A DNA stretch of 64,000 nucleotides, taken from assembly GCA_000004985.1 (NCBI GenBank), contig GG738845.1; one strand, written 5' to 3'. Position numbers and translations under genes: made by a program. The notes beneath the pieces are model-generated. The model was not told the DNA's origin and did no database searches. It saw only the letters and a list, made by a program, of their open reading frames with translations. Origin of the DNA: Naegleria gruberi (lineage: Eukaryota). Below, piece by piece: positions 62,400 through 64,000 of this stretch (positions are counted from its first letter, which is position 1; each line of letters starts with the position of its first letter).

Positions 62400-64000
62400 T
62401 TAGTTAGTGAATAGGCAAAGAATTCCATCATCACCTCCACTTACAAGGTACTTTCCATCAGGATCAAATTTTACTACTTGCACTCCTTCCTTGCTTCCCT
62501 TCAAATCTCCAAGAGTAAAGTTTGATTTAGAGCTTTCTTCTTGGTCTTTTACTCCATCTGGTGCAAACAATCTTACAGAACTATCTGATGAGGCAACCGC
62601 CAGCACTTTTCCGCTCTGATCAAACGTACACTTGTTTGCAGATACAGGTACATCACTTATGTTGAATTGATTTCTTATTTTTTGGGTTCTCATATCCCAC
62701 AACAAGACCAGACCATCACAATCAGTTGAGGCGATAGTATCTCCTTGGAGATTAATTGTAACACTATTACAACTATTCTTATGCCCATAATAAGTCTGAA
62801 CACAAATACTCTTACTGTCAACCCTCATATCCCAAAGAGAAAGTGTCTTATCTGCTGAAGCTGAGAGCAATAGATTTGTAAAAGGAACACAAACCACACT
62901 ATTTACACTGTCCTTATGTCCTCTAAAAGTTGTGACGCACTTCTCAGATCTAATATCAAACAACTTTGCTGTTTGATCCATTGAGCAACTCACTAAAAAA
63001 TCTCCTGAATGGTGGAACTGACATTCCCAAACAGGAAGTGTATGGTCCTCAAAAGTTGAAGAGCAACTGGCAGTAGTAAAATCCCACAACTTGACTGTAC
63101 AATCACCTCCAGAAGTTGCCAAATGAGTCCCAAAAGGATGAAAATCTATTCCACTCACCCAATCAGTATGACCCTCACCGCTCATTATCACTTTAGAGGT
63201 TGGTAATGACCAAGCTTTCCAGGTTCCATCATCTGAAGCTGAGGCCACTATTGGTTTTTTGGAGTGAACAGCTAAACCAGTTATTGCCATAGAATGACTT
63301 TCATAATTTTGAGTAAGAGTGAAGGTTTCAGCCATTACTCTTGAAAGCTTCTTTTCCTTATAAGGATTCTTTTTTTCAAGAGGAAGAGTTGAATCCTTTT
63401 TCTTTACAGATTTCTTTTGAGTGTTGGTAATTGATGATTTCATTTTCTTTTTTTCTATTTCTTGAGTATTTACACTAGAGATTGGCTCGGTTTGCTTAAA
63501 ATTGTCGAGCTCATTCAATCTATTAAGTAGCCTATCCCTTTCCAAACAAACGAGTGTCTTTTCTTTAAAAACCTTGTCATATTTAAGAGTAAGTTCAGCA
63601 ATAAAAGGTTCGTACTTGGCGCAGTGATTTCTCATTCTTTCTAATTCTTTCCTTAATTGATCCTTTGTTTGGACAGTTTGCATATGGTTCATTTTGTGGT
63701 GATCTTTCACCCTTTTGAGCTTTTCAAACTTTTGTACAATATTTCTATTTCTTTCAAACAATCATATAATAAATGATAAACTTACTCTGAGAGCTGTTTT
63801 TGTTGTTCCATTTGCTTTTTACAATAACTAAGCTCTTCTTCCACTCTCTGAAGTTGGATGTAAACATCAGGGACTGAATCAGCAAAATCCTCAATTTCTC
63901 CTTTTTGTTTTTTTTCATATAATTCATCATTGAACATTCGTAAACTGTCCTCCAAACCCCTTTTTGAAAGAAAATTTCTAATAAAATCTTCTACAACTTC
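62400..64000 (-). CDS. SPAG16: PF20/SPAG16 flagellar central-pair WD40 protein; the 5' part of the gene runs beyond the right edge. Exons >64000..63786 and 63750..62400, with a 35-nt GTAAGT intron
   Basis: EVVEDFIRNFLSKRGLEDSLRMFNDELYE aligns with SPAG16 EVIEDFLCNFLIKMGMTRTLDCFQSEWYE. AKYEPFIAELTLKYDKVFKEKTLVCLERDRL aligns with ASYEPTIRVLHEKHHTLLKEKMLTSLERDKV. The WD region GHTDWVSGIDFHPFGTHLATSGGDCTVKLWDF...LLSASADKTLSLWDMR aligns with GHTDWLSDCCFHPSGDKLATSSGDTTVKLWDL...LLTSSADKTLSIWDAR. The track start at 63761 (TTG) lies inside the intron. Confidence 0.85.

Noticed and set aside
1-64000. The possibility that this window holds a prokaryotic or viral defence or mobile system (CRISPR, RM, toxin-antitoxin, transposon, retroelement)
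   Set aside because: The sequence has spliceosomal introns and eukaryotic housekeeping and flagellar genes throughout. I saw no direct-repeat arrays, and no reverse transcriptase, integrase or transposase ORFs. No such system is supported.
1-64000. A nucleomorph or microsporidian origin, suggested by the extreme compaction and AT-richness
   Set aside because: The presence of SPAG16, a rotatin-like gene and radial-spoke-type flagellar genes, plus 40-70-nt rather than 18-21-nt introns, argues against both.

Overview
This window is eukaryotic nuclear DNA, AT-rich (about 32% GC by eye) and very gene-dense, with roughly 35 protein-coding genes in 64 kb (about one per 1.9 kb) on both strands. It looks like a draft assembly and contains three N-runs (5019-5068, 15545-15604, 34120-34179). 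Introns are few and very short, about 32-70 nt, with mostly GTAAGT, GTAGGT, GTACGT or GTATGT donors and a minority GTTTGT; acceptors are (A/T)AG. The six-frame track treats GTG and TTG as starts, so several listed 'M' starts are not real ATGs, and several adjacent track ORFs are exons of one gene. Recognisable genes include DNA polymerase alpha (N-terminal part), FCF1, a Cdc7/Cdc15/sepH-type kinase with ARM repeats, a radial-spoke-head 4/6-like protein, a Na+/K+-ATPase alpha-like type IIC pump, a PIP5K with an EF-hand pair, a Sel1-repeat protein, a P5A-ATPase, a fungal-type Zn2Cys6 factor, ribosomal protein S2, a Ras-like and a Rab32-like GTPase, COQ7, a LisH-CTLH WD40 protein, an MMADHC homologue, a rotatin-like giant gene and PF20/SPAG16. 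Flagellar and centriolar genes (SPAG16, rotatin, RSPH4/6) together with a Gal4-type Zn2Cys6 domain and E2F-like promoter motifs suggest a compact zoosporic (flagellated) early-diverging fungus or a close relative; this is inference, not proof. I found no rRNA, tRNA, CRISPR array, transposon or prokaryotic defence system. The points most worth a second look are several inferred micro-exons (6-20 nt) in the two small-GTPase genes, a 1-nt frameshift in the second of two tandem Zn2Cys6 domains, E2F-type sites upstream of DNA polymerase alpha, and microsporidia-like compaction with overlapping or abutting convergent stop codons. Intron coordinates were derived by hand and may be off by 1-2 nt.
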